In this document: piece by piece, positions 1-8,807 of the stretch
How positions within the stretch are numbered: the stretch's first letter is position 1
How the letters are laid out: each line of letters opens with the position of its first letter
Assembly (NCBI GenBank): GCA_046726415.1
Contig: JBKPAK010000036.1
Location: forward strand, 1 to 16,659
Length of the DNA stretch: 16,659 bases
Reading direction: 5' to 3'
Source: Candidatus Methylomirabilota bacterium
GTDB taxonomy: Bacteria > Methylomirabilota > Methylomirabilia > Rokubacteriales > CSP1-6
The notes under the pieces: model-generated
Database searches by the model: none
Told to the model about the DNA's origin: nothing
Seen by the model: only the letters and a program-made list of their open reading frames with translations
Program-made: the position numbers and the translations under genes

Positions 1-2
1 CC

Positions 3-1040
3 GTCTTTGCGGACGATGGCAACGCGCGCCCCCATCACCTTCAGCAACTCACCGAGCTGGACATCACCGTGGTGCCGCGAGATGGGCTTCTCGCGCATCT
101 GGCCGATGCGAGCCGGCGACCCGACCTCGTCATCATCGCGCGCGTGAACGTCGCGGTGCGGATGCTGCCCATCGTGCGCGCCGAGCTTCCCGGCGTCCCG
201 GTGATCTTCGACACCGTGGATCTGCACTATCGGCGCTTCGCGCGCGAGGCGGCTCTCCGGCGCGACGCCTCTGCCTCCCTCCACGCCCTCGCCGTGAAGG
301 TGGAGGAGCTCGAGATGGCTCGCGCCAGTGACCTGGTGTGGGTGGTGAGCGAGGATGAGCGGCAGGCTCTTCTCGCGGAGGACGTCCGCCTAAGCGTCAG
401 GGTGCTGTCACTCATCCACGAGATCCCGGCGGAGCGGATCGGGTATGACGGGCGGGAGGGACTGGGCTTCGTCGGTGGTTTCTATCACAGTCCAAACGTC
501 GACGCCGTCCGCTTCCTCGTGGACCGCATCATGCCGCGGATCTGGGCGGCCCGCGCGGATGTCATGCTGGCGGTGGTGGGCGCGGACGTGCCCGCCGAGG
601 TCCGCGCGCTGGAGGGGCCTGGTGTTCGCATCTTGGGGCACCGACGCGATCTCGGCGCCCTCCTCTGTGGGTGGCGCGTGTTCGTGGCGCCGATCCGCTA
701 CGGCGCCGGCGTGAGCGGCAAGATCACCCAGGCGTTGAGCTTTGGTCTGCCCGCGGTCACCACCTGGCTCGGGGCGCAGGGGACCGGCCTCCGGCACGGT
801 GAGGACGTGCTCATCGCGGACACCCCGGAAACCTTCGCCAAGGCCGCGCTCGAGCTGTACGAGGATCGCGAGAGGTGGGAGCGCGTGTCTCAGGGCGGTC
901 AGGCCTGCATGCGCGCCCGGTTCTCGGTCGAGGCCGCCAGGGATCGCATGCGAGAGGACCTCGCCGCGATCTCTGGCGGCGTCCGCAGCGGCAGGCGCCC
1001 TGGACGCGTGACCCCGCGCGGGGAGGACGTGCGATGCTGA
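3..1040 (+). CDS. GT4-family (GT-B) glycosyltransferase, 5'-truncated by the window edge
   Basis: The frame is open from nt 3 (VFADDGNARPHHLQQL...). Motifs IFDTVDLHY, FVGGFYHSPNVDAV and RVFVAPIRYGAGVSGKITQALSFGLP are typical of GT4 domains in polysaccharide loci. Stop TGA at 1038-1040 overlaps the next gene. Confidence 0.9.
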   Translation, partial: VFADDGNARPHHLQQLTELDITVVPRDGLLAHLADASRRPDLVIIARVNVAVRMLPIVRAELPGVPVIFDTVDLHYRRFAREAALRRDASASLHALAVKVEELEMARASDLVWVVSEDERQALLAEDVRLSVRVLSLIHEIPAERIGYDGREGLGFVGGFYHSPNVDAVRFLVDRIMPRIWAARADVMLAVVGADVPAEVRALEGPGVRILGHRRDLGALLCGWRVFVAPIRYGAGVSGKITQALSFGLPAVTTWLGAQGTGLRHGEDVLIADTPETFAKAALELYEDRERWERVSQGGQACMRARFSVEAARDRMREDLAAISGGVRSGRRPGRVTPRGEDVRC

Positions 1041-2602
1041 CCTTTAGGGACCTCATCGAACAGCCGCCCCTGATTCAGAGCGCTCGAACGATCACCTGGG
1101 GGATCCGCCCGGCCCTGGCGCAATTCCTCGATAACGCGGTCGGGCCAGGCTCGGTGACCCTGGAAACCGGTGCCGGGCTCCGCACCCTCGTGATCCTTCG
1201 CCGGCATCCGCGCCAGCACACGGCGGTGCAACCGATGGCTGACGAGTTCGCCGTGATTTTAGAGTACGCGGAACGCCACCGGATCGACATCCGCGGGTTC
1301 CGGCCAATCCTGGCGCGCTCGCCGGACTGGCTGCCCTTCGCGGATCTCCCTGAGCTGGACCTGGTCCTCATCGACGGCGCGCACGCCTTTCCGGTACCCT
1401 TCCTCGACTGGTACTACGGCGCCCAGAAGCTGAAAGTCGGAGGATTGATGGTCGTGGAGGACACTCATCTTCTGACCGGCACCATGCTGGCCGACTTCAT
1501 GGGCGCTGACCCTACCTGGGAGCAGGTCGTGCGGGACGCCGTGAGTCACTTCGCCATCTACCGAAAGCGCAGCCACCCCGGGCACGGCGACGACTGGATG
1601 CGCCAGCGGTCCGTGGGCGACGCCCAGCCCGCGGAGCGCATCCACGTCGTCGGGGCCGACACGGCCGCCCGTACGAGCTCCAGGCCCCCGGGTGAGCACG
1701 GACAGGGAGCCGGCCCGAGCCTCGCCTGCGTGGAAATCCGTGGCTGGAACGAATACCAGCGCTACCGCGCTGCCATGGCCGGCGAGCACCAGCGGCGGGA
1801 AGCGGTTGAGCTCGCCGTGATCGACTTCGAGGCCGAGAGCTTTCAAGTCGATGGGTACTGTGCGGTGTGCCGGCGCGCGGCGCGCTTCGGCGTGCGCTTC
1901 ACCTATTCGTACCAGCGGACGTCCGACGGACGGCCGCTCCCAAACTGGCGCGAGCACCTCATCTGCACGTGCGGCTTCAGCAACCGCATCCGGGCCGCCA
2001 TCCAGATCCTCCGCCAGCAGATCCGTCCCGAACCGGACGCCCGGATCTACCTGACGGAGCGCGTGACCGGGCTCTATCAGTGGCTTCGAGCCAGGTATCC
2101 AAACCTGGTGGGGACGGAATACCTCGGCGACAAAGTCCCTCGAGGGGCCGAATACGAGGGCATCAGGAACGAAGACCTCACGGCGCTGACCTTCGCCGAT
2201 GAGAGCTTTGACCTGATCCTGTCCTTCGACGTCATGGAACACGTTCCCGACAGCAATGCCGCGCTCCGGGAATGTTTCCGGTGCCTGCGACCCGGCGGGA
2301 TCCTGCTGTTCGGCGCGCCGTTCCGCCTGGGCAGCCCGCAGAACGTAGAGCGCGCGCGCATGCGGTCGGATGGGAGCATCGAGCATTTCATGCTACCGGA
2401 GTATCACTGGCAGCCCCTCACCTCCGAGAACGAGGCCCTGGCTTTCCGCGACTTCGGCTGGAAGGTGCTCGACCAGATGAGGGACGCCGGCTTCGCCGAC
2501 CCCCGGGCGCTGCTGTACTGGTCGCTCGAGCTCGGCTACCTCGGTGGCGATCAGGTCTTGCTGGTCGCATCCCGGCCCAGCCACGGCGAGGCAGGCCGCT
2601 GA
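1034..2602 (+). CDS. Tandem double class I SAM-dependent methyltransferase (N-terminal Methyltransf_24-like, C-terminal Methyltransf_11-like with a Cys cluster), 522 aa
   Basis: ATG 1034 follows GGAGG (1022-1026) and overlaps the upstream stop. N-domain: TLETGAG, DLVLIDGAHAF, LKVGGLMVVEDT. C-domain: YCAVC...REHLICTCG and EDLTALTFADESFDLILSFDVMEHVPD...LRPGG. The ORF-track start at 875 lies inside the previous gene. Confidence 0.85.
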   Translation: MLTFRDLIEQPPLIQSARTITWGIRPALAQFLDNAVGPGSVTLETGAGLRTLVILRRHPRQHTAVQPMADEFAVILEYAERHRIDIRGFRPILARSPDWLPFADLPELDLVLIDGAHAFPVPFLDWYYGAQKLKVGGLMVVEDTHLLTGTMLADFMGADPTWEQVVRDAVSHFAIYRKRSHPGHGDDWMRQRSVGDAQPAERIHVVGADTAARTSSRPPGEHGQGAGPSLACVEIRGWNEYQRYRAAMAGEHQRREAVELAVIDFEAESFQVDGYCAVCRRAARFGVRFTYSYQRTSDGRPLPNWREHLICTCGFSNRIRAAIQILRQQIRPEPDARIYLTERVTGLYQWLRARYPNLVGTEYLGDKVPRGAEYEGIRNEDLTALTFADESFDLILSFDVMEHVPDSNAALRECFRCLRPGGILLFGAPFRLGSPQNVERARMRSDGSIEHFMLPEYHWQPLTSENEALAFRDFGWKVLDQMRDAGFADPRALLYWSLELGYLGGDQVLLVASRPSHGEAGR

Positions 2603-4026
2603 GCTTCTCCCTCACGGGTGATCCCGCCGACCGGTTCGTGCTCGGGGACGCCCCCTTCTGGCCGGTGGACCATCTCGCGGCGCCCGATGCTTGGGTCGGA
2701 CACATCCCCTTCGCCTTCTGGATCGTCGATGCGCTGCGGCCTCGGCTGCTGGTGGAGTTGGGGACGCACTCCGGCAACTCGTACTTCGCACTCGCCCAGG
2801 CCGTCCACCGACTCGGATTGGGCACGTCCTGCTTTGCCGTCGACACCTGGCGGGGTGATGACCAGGCTGGATACTACGGCGAGGAGGTCTTCCAAGAGCT
2901 GTCCCGCTATCACGACGCCCACTACGGCGCCTTTTCGCGTCTCGTCCGTTCCACGTTCGACGAGGCCCTTCAGCACTTCCCCGATGCCAGTGTCGACCTC
3001 CTGCACCTCGACGGCTGTCACACCTATGAAGCCGTGGCGCACGATTTCGCCATGTGGCGGCCCAAACTCTCGGCGCGCGCCGTCGTCCTCCTTCACGACA
3101 CCAATGTGCGCGAGCGAGATTTCGGCGTCTGGCGACTGTGGGATGAGCTGCGCCCTCGGCACCCGCACTTCGAATTTCTCCATGCCCACGGGCTCGGCGT
3201 CCTGGGCGTCGGCTCCGATCTCCCCGCCGCCGTGACGGCGCTCTGGCAAACCACGGGGGACGTGACGCGCGCGGTCAGGATTCGCGAGGTCTTTGCCCGC
3301 CTGGGGAGCTTCGCGGTGGAGCGCCTCCAGCTTCGGGCCCGCGTGGAGGGATTGCAGAATGAGGTCGAGCACTTGGCCGAGGCGGTGCGAACGGCCCTCC
3401 AGGAGGTCGCGGCGCGAGACGAGCTGATCAAGAGGGCAGCGGCGGAGCATGCCTCCATCGACGAGGCAGCCCAGGACCGCGATCAGTCTCGGGTGGCGGA
3501 GATCGAAGCGCAACTCCGGCGGATCAACGGACTCCAGCATGAGATCGACCGCCTCGGCCAGGAGGTGGCGGCGCGAGACGACCTGATCGGGAAGGGAGCC
3601 GAAGAGAGGGCCGCCATCGAGGAGGCTGCCCGGGGCCGCGATCAGTCTCGGGTGGCGGAGATCGACGCGCGGCTCAAGGTGATCAACGGGCTTGAGCGCG
3701 AGCTCGACGAGCGGCTCAGGCAGATCAACGGGCTTCGGCACGAGATCGACGAGCAGGTCAAGCTGATCAACGGGCTCCAGCATGAGATCGTGCGGCTGGG
3801 CACGCTGCGGGAGACCGATCGCCTGGTGTTGGGGGAAGTGCAGGAGCACCTGCAGCGGGTTGAGCGCGAGCGCGCCGAGGCGAGCGGCGAGGCAGAGGCA
3901 CTTCGCGCGGCCCTGTCCGCCCTGCACCAGTCGAGGTCCCTGCGCCTCACCCGCCCGCTCCGGCAAGCGGCGGGCTGGTATCGAACCGCGGTGGCCTGGG
4001 CTCGCCGAGGCGCGCGGTCACCGTGA
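2599..4026 (+). CDS. Class I SAM methyltransferase (Methyltransf_24-like) with a long C-terminal coiled coil; WbdD-like architecture
   Basis: Motifs AWVGHIPFAFW, LVELGTHSGNSY, AVDTWRGD, DLLHLDGCHTYEAV, LHDTNVRERDFGVWRLW. These are followed by ~200 aa of E/R/L/Q-rich helical sequence ending in SRSLRLTRPLR. The start is uncertain: CTG 2599 (CTGA overlap with the upstream stop) or GTG 2638. Confidence 0.85.
   Translation: MSFSLTGDPADRFVLGDAPFWPVDHLAAPDAWVGHIPFAFWIVDALRPRLLVELGTHSGNSYFALAQAVHRLGLGTSCFAVDTWRGDDQAGYYGEEVFQELSRYHDAHYGAFSRLVRSTFDEALQHFPDASVDLLHLDGCHTYEAVAHDFAMWRPKLSARAVVLLHDTNVRERDFGVWRLWDELRPRHPHFEFLHAHGLGVLGVGSDLPAAVTALWQTTGDVTRAVRIREVFARLGSFAVERLQLRARVEGLQNEVEHLAEAVRTALQEVAARDELIKRAAAEHASIDEAAQDRDQSRVAEIEAQLRRINGLQHEIDRLGQEVAARDDLIGKGAEERAAIEEAARGRDQSRVAEIDARLKVINGLERELDERLRQINGLRHEIDEQVKLINGLQHEIVRLGTLRETDRLVLGEVQEHLQRVERERAEASGEAEALRAALSALHQSRSLRLTRPLRQAAGWYRTAVAWARRGARSP
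3400..3807 (+). repeat. In-frame intragenic repeats: 2 x 159 nt (53 aa) plus 3 x 42 nt (14 aa, INGL units)
   Basis: caggaggt(c/g)gcggcgcgagacga starts at 3400 and 3559. An identical 30-mer, ccgcgatcagtctcgggtggcggagatcga, starts at 3477 and 3636. atcaacgg occurs at 3523, 3682, 3724 and 3766 (spacings 159, 42, 42). Confidence 0.95.
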
Positions 4027-4070
4027 CCTCCAGCGACTCTGCGCTCGAGCCGGATCTCCTTCGCCGCCCC

Positions 4071-5111
4071 CTACGGCGTCTCGCCTATTTTGTCATCGTA
4101 GAGAGCGGGACGCCCGCGGCGGGCGATCCCGGTCATCCACCCTTGCACGGCGCCCACCCCATAGCCAAGGCAGCTCCAGATGCGGCAGTGTCGATGGAGG
4201 TTCACCGGGCCCCCTAATCGCACGGCGTGGGCTCGTTCGGCCCAAGCGAACCGGCCATGTTCCTTCAGGCGTTTCACCACGAGCCGACGACCATTGTGAA
4301 CGAGGTCGAAGTAAGCCTCGGACTTCCCCTGCGAGTAGAACCGCTGCTTGAACCAGGCAGCCGTGAGCCTCTCGGCGTGAATGATATGGCTCACCTCGGC
4401 GTCGGGGACGTAGAGAATCCGCCGCCCGAGCCGCTCCAGACGATAGCAAAGCTCGATCTCGTCGTAATATAAGAGGGAACGGCCCTTCAGACCGAAGGCG
4501 GTGGAGAATAGCCCGACCTCTCGAAATGACTGCCGCGGATAGGCCATGTTCACGCCGCGGGGGTACTCATTGTAGGAGAGCTCGACCTCCTCCAGCCCCT
4601 TGTCGAAGAGCGCCAGGTACGGAAGGAAGGGCGGGGTGAGCCACTCGGGGAGTGGTCTCTCGAGCGCGGCCCGGACCGGACCTCCGGCGCACCCGACCTG
4701 GGGCCGCTCACATGTGTCGACGAGCGCTCCGAGCCAGCGGGGGCTCGCCCAGGCGTCGTCGTCGGTGAACGCGATTACGTCACCGCGGGATTCCCGGATT
4801 CCGCGGTTCCGAGCAGTGGAGTGCCCGAGCACGGGCTCCCGGACGTCCCGGATCCGCCCGGGATGACGCTCGGCGACCCGCCGAACAACCTCGGGCGTGG
4901 CATCGGTCGATGCGCTATCGACGACCAGAATCTCAAACGCCTCGGGGGGGAAGTCCTGGCGGACGAGTGATTCAAGCGTCTCCTCGATCAGCCTGCCTCC
5001 GTTGTGCGTGCACACGATGACCGAGGCCCGGAGGGGCTGCTGAGGTAACCGTCTTCCCGGACCTCTCAGGGCCACCGACGGCTTCTTCGGCGTCGCGAGT
5101 ATCGGGACCAC
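4071..5111 (-). CDS. GT2-family (GT-A) glycosyltransferase
   Basis: Motifs SVIVCTHNG, EILVVDSASTDAT, STARNRGI, the DXD motif in AFTDDDA, and GVNMAY. The exact start is uncertain. Confidence 0.92.
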   Translation of the reverse strand: MVPILATPKKPSVALRGPGRRLPQQPLRASVIVCTHNGGRLIEETLESLVRQDFPPEAFEILVVDSASTDATPEVVRRVAERHPGRIRDVREPVLGHSTARNRGIRESRGDVIAFTDDDAWASPRWLGALVDTCERPQVGCAGGPVRAALERPLPEWLTPPFLPYLALFDKGLEEVELSYNEYPRGVNMAYPRQSFREVGLFSTAFGLKGRSLLYYDEIELCYRLERLGRRILYVPDAEVSHIIHAERLTAAWFKQRFYSQGKSEAYFDLVHNGRRLVVKRLKEHGRFAWAERAHAVRLGGPVNLHRHCRIWSCLGYGVGAVQGWMTGIARRGRPALYDDKIGETP

Positions 5112-5264
5112 CCGTCCGCGTTGAGGACGCTGGGGAAGGGCGCGCGGCTCATCTGGGGGCGATTGTACTTGCTGGCGGGCGATGCGGTGAGCCCTGGCCT
5201 TCGCCCTCGGCGCCTGAGAGAATCGCTGCTAGCCAACGAGGTCGATCAGCGGAGGTGGCATCCC

Positions 5265-6125
5265 ATGGATGTCGAGCCCAGGCTCGAGGGGACGTCGGTA
5301 TGGGCGGCGCCGCTCGGCTGGCGGGGGCGTTATCGCGTCTGGCGACAGGGCGGACGGCGGGTGCACCAGGGGTGGACGAGCTACGACGACATCACGCCGC
5401 ACCTCGCCGCCCACGGCGTTGAGGTCGTGCCCTACCGCATCGACGTCGCCGCCTTCTGGCGCTACGTCGCGGAGTGTGGGTATCGCGGCATGAGCTACTG
5501 GGAGGGCGGCAAGGCGCGCGCAGGGACGGAGAAGTGGCTCGAGCACTTCGTCTCCATCGACCTCCTACGGCCGCAACCGGCCGAGGTGCACATCGACATC
5601 GCCAGCTGCTATTCGCCGTTTCCCGACATTCTGGGCGAGCGCTGGGGCTGCAAGACCTATCGCCAGGACTGGTTGTATCCGGCGGGGATCGAGGGCGACC
5701 GCATAGGCAGCGACGCCGCGGACCTGCCAGTCCACGCGGAGTCGGTCGACGGGCTGACCCTCCACTGCTCGTTTGAGCACTTCGAGGGCGACCGCGACTT
5801 CCGCTTCCTGCGCGAGGCAGACCGGGTGCTGCGGCCCGCCGGCCGGCTCTGCATTCTGCCGATCTACTTCAATCGCACCTACTGCATCCAGACTGATCTC
5901 GCGGCGTGGCACCTCCGTCGTCCGAGCTTCGAGCGCGACGCGCTGATCTGCGCCGCCCAGGGGTGGGGTGAGGTCCACGGCCGCTTCTACGACGCCGCGC
6001 ACTTCGCAGAGCGCATCCTTGCCAATCTGGGCAGGCTGGGCCTGACCCTCTACCACGTGGAGAACTACGAGGAGGTCGCCAGCGACTGCTACCTGAAGTT
6101 CGCCGCGGTGTTCACGCGGACCTAA
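5265..6125 (+). CDS. Putative SAM-dependent methyltransferase (Methyltransf_11-like), 286 aa
   Basis: Motifs HIDIASCYSPF, DAADLPVHAESVDGLTLHCSFEHF and DRVLRPAGRLCI. ATG 5265 follows GGAGGT (5251-5256) and is preferred to TTG 5121, which would leave only 9 nt to the divergent gene. Confidence 0.75.
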   Translation: MDVEPRLEGTSVWAAPLGWRGRYRVWRQGGRRVHQGWTSYDDITPHLAAHGVEVVPYRIDVAAFWRYVAECGYRGMSYWEGGKARAGTEKWLEHFVSIDLLRPQPAEVHIDIASCYSPFPDILGERWGCKTYRQDWLYPAGIEGDRIGSDAADLPVHAESVDGLTLHCSFEHFEGDRDFRFLREADRVLRPAGRLCILPIYFNRTYCIQTDLAAWHLRRPSFERDALICAAQGWGEVHGRFYDAAHFAERILANLGRLGLTLYHVENYEEVASDCYLKFAAVFTRT

Positions 6126-6173
6126 TGGCCCGCGCTCAATGGCGCACGTCGAGGAGACGAACGTGATCATCAG

Positions 6174-8777
6174 GTGCGGCCGGGAGCGACCTTGAGACTG
6201 CTCATCCTGAATGGCGATCTGCCGGTCTTTCCCGGCCGCGCCGGCCATGAACACCTGCATACCATGTGGCTGGCCCGACTGGCGCAGCGGGCGGGCCTGG
6301 TGTCAATGGTCCACACGGTCGAGCAGGACGAGAAGACCCAGGGACTCCTCGAGGCCGGCGTTGACCTGTATCTCTGGAAGAACCCAGGCCTGCGCACGTC
6401 TCCCGCCGCCGCCGTGGCTCGCCCCACTCGCCTGCGGCGAGCGGGTGAAGTCCTCTATCACACGGCGCGCAACTGGCGCCGGCATCCGTTCGACGCCGTG
6501 GTCCAGGACTTGCGGTTTCGCAACATTGCCGGCCCTTTTCTGCAGGCCCTGAGCGAGGAGCGCTGGCAGGCGTTGGTCGTGGTGCAGAGCATCTGTGCCC
6601 GGTGGCTCGACTATCTCCCGCGTGCCCCCGTCAGCGTGCTGGTGATTCACGATATCCGCGCGCTGGTGTATGAGCGTCGAGCGGCCACCGCCAGATCGCT
6701 GCGCGAACGCCTGACGAGGTCGTGGGAGAGCCGGTGCTATCGTCGCTTCGAGCGTGAGTACTGCGCTCGCTATGACCTGGTGATTACGGTCTCGCGAGCC
6801 GATGAGGCCTGGGTGCGGACACACTACCGCCCGCGCAGGCTCACCACCATCCCCATCCCGGTGGATGGCGGCTACTTCGCGCCGATGCCCGGCATCCGCG
6901 AGCGGCCGGCGCAGATTCTGTTCACCGGCATGATGGCTCATCCGCCGAACGTCGACGCCGCCTGCTTCTTTGCCCGAAAGGTCTTTCCGTTGGTTCGGGC
7001 CATTGTTCCCGAAGCGGAGTTCTGGATCGTCGGTCGGGACCCCACTGCGCAGGTGAGGGCATTGGCCACTCTGCCGGGCGTGGTGGTCACCGGTTCCGTG
7101 CCGGACATCCGGATCTACATCGCCCAGGCCACGGTCGTGGTGGTGCCGGTGCGCTTCGGCTCCGGGATGCGGAACAAGATCCTCGAAGCCTGGGCCATGC
7201 AGAAGTGCATCGTATCCACCAGGATCGGCGCGGAGGGTCTGGACGGCCAAGACGGCGTCAACATCCTCTTGGCCGACGACGCCCAGGCCCTGGCCACGCG
7301 CGTGGTCGAGGCAATCCGCGATTCGGGGCTGCGGGACCGGATCCGCCTGCCGGGGCGGGCGCTGGTCCTGACCTCCCATGACCCGGAGACGCTCGCCCGC
7401 CGATACTACGAAGCGGTCGGCTCGGTGCTTCGCGAGACGAGCCGACCTGATCGACCCCTGCGCGTCGTCATCGATCTCCGTTCAATGCGCCCCGGAGTGG
7501 CCGGCGGGATCGAGCGTTCCTCGCGCCTGTTCTTGGAGTGCTTGGTCCGGCTGGACCGCGTCAACCGCTATGCGGTCCTGGCGCCGGCCGAGGTGCGGGA
7601 CGACCTGGTCAGGCTCGGACACTCCAACGTCACGTTCGCCTCAGATAGGCTGGGCGGGCGCTGGCGGACGGCGGCCCTCGCGGCCGCACGATCCCTCCAC
7701 CGCTGGTGCGGTGCCCAGTACTGGCGCACGCCCGAAGTGGAGATACTGCGGCGAGCCCGGGCATTCGGAGCCGAGGTCGCGCTATCGGTCTCGGGCTTCA
7801 TCCATCCGGATGTCGCGCCCCTGACCAACGTGCTGATCGTGCCCGATATCCAGCACGAGTGCTGCCCGAAGTTCTTCTCCCGTCACGATCTGGAGGAGCG
7901 GCGCCGCCTCTACTCGGCATCGGCGCAGCGGGCCAGCCACATCTGCGCTGTCTCGGAGTTCACCCGACAGACCTTGATCGAGCGCCTTCACATTCCGCCC
8001 GCGCGAATCACCACGACGCATCTGGCCGCCGATCCCCTGTTCCATCCCGGGAGCCCGGCCCGTAGGGACGTCCGGCGGGTGCTGCAGAAGCACGGGTTGA
8101 CGCGGGGAGAGTATCTGCTGTTCTCGGGCGGCCCGCAGCCGCACAAGAACCACCAGGCGGCGTTCCAGGCGTTGCGCGTACTGCGGGAGGCGTACGGGTT
8201 GCGGCCGGTCCTGGTGTGCACGGGCAGTCCGCGGACGGCCCACGGCGACCTGCTGGGCAAGATCGAGGACGCGGAGCTCGGCGACCGAGTGCGGTTCCTC
8301 GGACCGTGCCCGGCCAGCGACATGCCGGGACTGTACGAGGGCGCCGCCGCACTGGTCTTTCCCTCGTTTTTCGAGGGATTCGGGCTTGCGCTCTTGGAGG
8401 CCATGTGGTGTGAGTGCCCGATCGTGTGCAGCAGCACAACGAGCTTGCCGGAGATCGCAGGTGACGCCGCCCTGCTGGTTGACCCCCGCTCCCCCGAGGC
8501 GCTGGCCCATGCCCTGAACCGGGTGCTGACCGATCAGGAGCTCCGGAGCGGCCTGGTCGCGCGCGGCCGACAGCGCGTGAGGGATTTCTCGTGGACGAGG
8601 TTCACCCTCGAGGTCGTGTCCGTCTTGCGTCGGGCTGGGCAACTCCGCTACGAGTGGTCCCCGGCTGTCGAGAATGGGCCGCGGGTTCACGGCGGGATTG
8701 GCGTGACCGAGAATGGTATCCGCGGGGCTACGTGGCGGGCAGGAGCGCGGGCTGCTTCTCCGGCGGCCGACCCCTGA
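6174..8777 (+). CDS. Bifunctional glycosyltransferase with two fused GT4 (GT-B) domains, ~867 aa
   Basis: Domain 1: LFTGMMAHPPNVDAA...VVPVRFGSGMRNKILEAWAM. Domain 2: VPDIQHE...AVSEFTR...HKNH...LVFPSFFEGFGLALLEAM...SSTTSLPEIAGDAALLVDP (EX7E motif present). Confidence 0.92.
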   Translation: MRPGATLRLLILNGDLPVFPGRAGHEHLHTMWLARLAQRAGLVSMVHTVEQDEKTQGLLEAGVDLYLWKNPGLRTSPAAAVARPTRLRRAGEVLYHTARNWRRHPFDAVVQDLRFRNIAGPFLQALSEERWQALVVVQSICARWLDYLPRAPVSVLVIHDIRALVYERRAATARSLRERLTRSWESRCYRRFEREYCARYDLVITVSRADEAWVRTHYRPRRLTTIPIPVDGGYFAPMPGIRERPAQILFTGMMAHPPNVDAACFFARKVFPLVRAIVPEAEFWIVGRDPTAQVRALATLPGVVVTGSVPDIRIYIAQATVVVVPVRFGSGMRNKILEAWAMQKCIVSTRIGAEGLDGQDGVNILLADDAQALATRVVEAIRDSGLRDRIRLPGRALVLTSHDPETLARRYYEAVGSVLRETSRPDRPLRVVIDLRSMRPGVAGGIERSSRLFLECLVRLDRVNRYAVLAPAEVRDDLVRLGHSNVTFASDRLGGRWRTAALAAARSLHRWCGAQYWRTPEVEILRRARAFGAEVALSVSGFIHPDVAPLTNVLIVPDIQHECCPKFFSRHDLEERRRLYSASAQRASHICAVSEFTRQTLIERLHIPPARITTTHLAADPLFHPGSPARRDVRRVLQKHGLTRGEYLLFSGGPQPHKNHQAAFQALRVLREAYGLRPVLVCTGSPRTAHGDLLGKIEDAELGDRVRFLGPCPASDMPGLYEGAAALVFPSFFEGFGLALLEAMWCECPIVCSSTTSLPEIAGDAALLVDPRSPEALAHALNRVLTDQELRSGLVARGRQRVRDFSWTRFTLEVVSVLRRAGQLRYEWSPAVENGPRVHGGIGVTENGIRGATWRAGARAASPAADP

Positions 8778-8807
8778 GTTGCCAGCCCCGCTCCTCTGGG
8801 GGACCGA

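Noticed and set aside
875-1033. ORF-track N-terminal extension of the double methyltransferase
   Set aside because: It overlaps the GT4 gene and is low-complexity; ATG 1034 has a GGAGG RBS and stop/start coupling.
2272-2598. ORF-track N-terminal extension of the methyltransferase-coiled-coil gene
   Set aside because: It is an Arg/Pro-rich off-frame reading of the upstream gene.
3400-3807. Repeats as a CRISPR array
   Set aside because: They are in-frame, degenerate at codon third positions, and lack unique spacers and cas genes.
5121-5264. TTG start at 5121 giving back-to-back divergent genes 9 nt apart
   Set aside because: ATG 5265 has a much better RBS and leaves room for promoters; 5121 is not fully excluded.
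1259-8690. Long antisense ORFs (1259-2386, 2551-3966, 5565-6260, 6303-7379, 7782-8690)
   Set aside because: These are shadow ORFs typical of high-GC coding DNA; they have no motifs and lie opposite well-supported genes.
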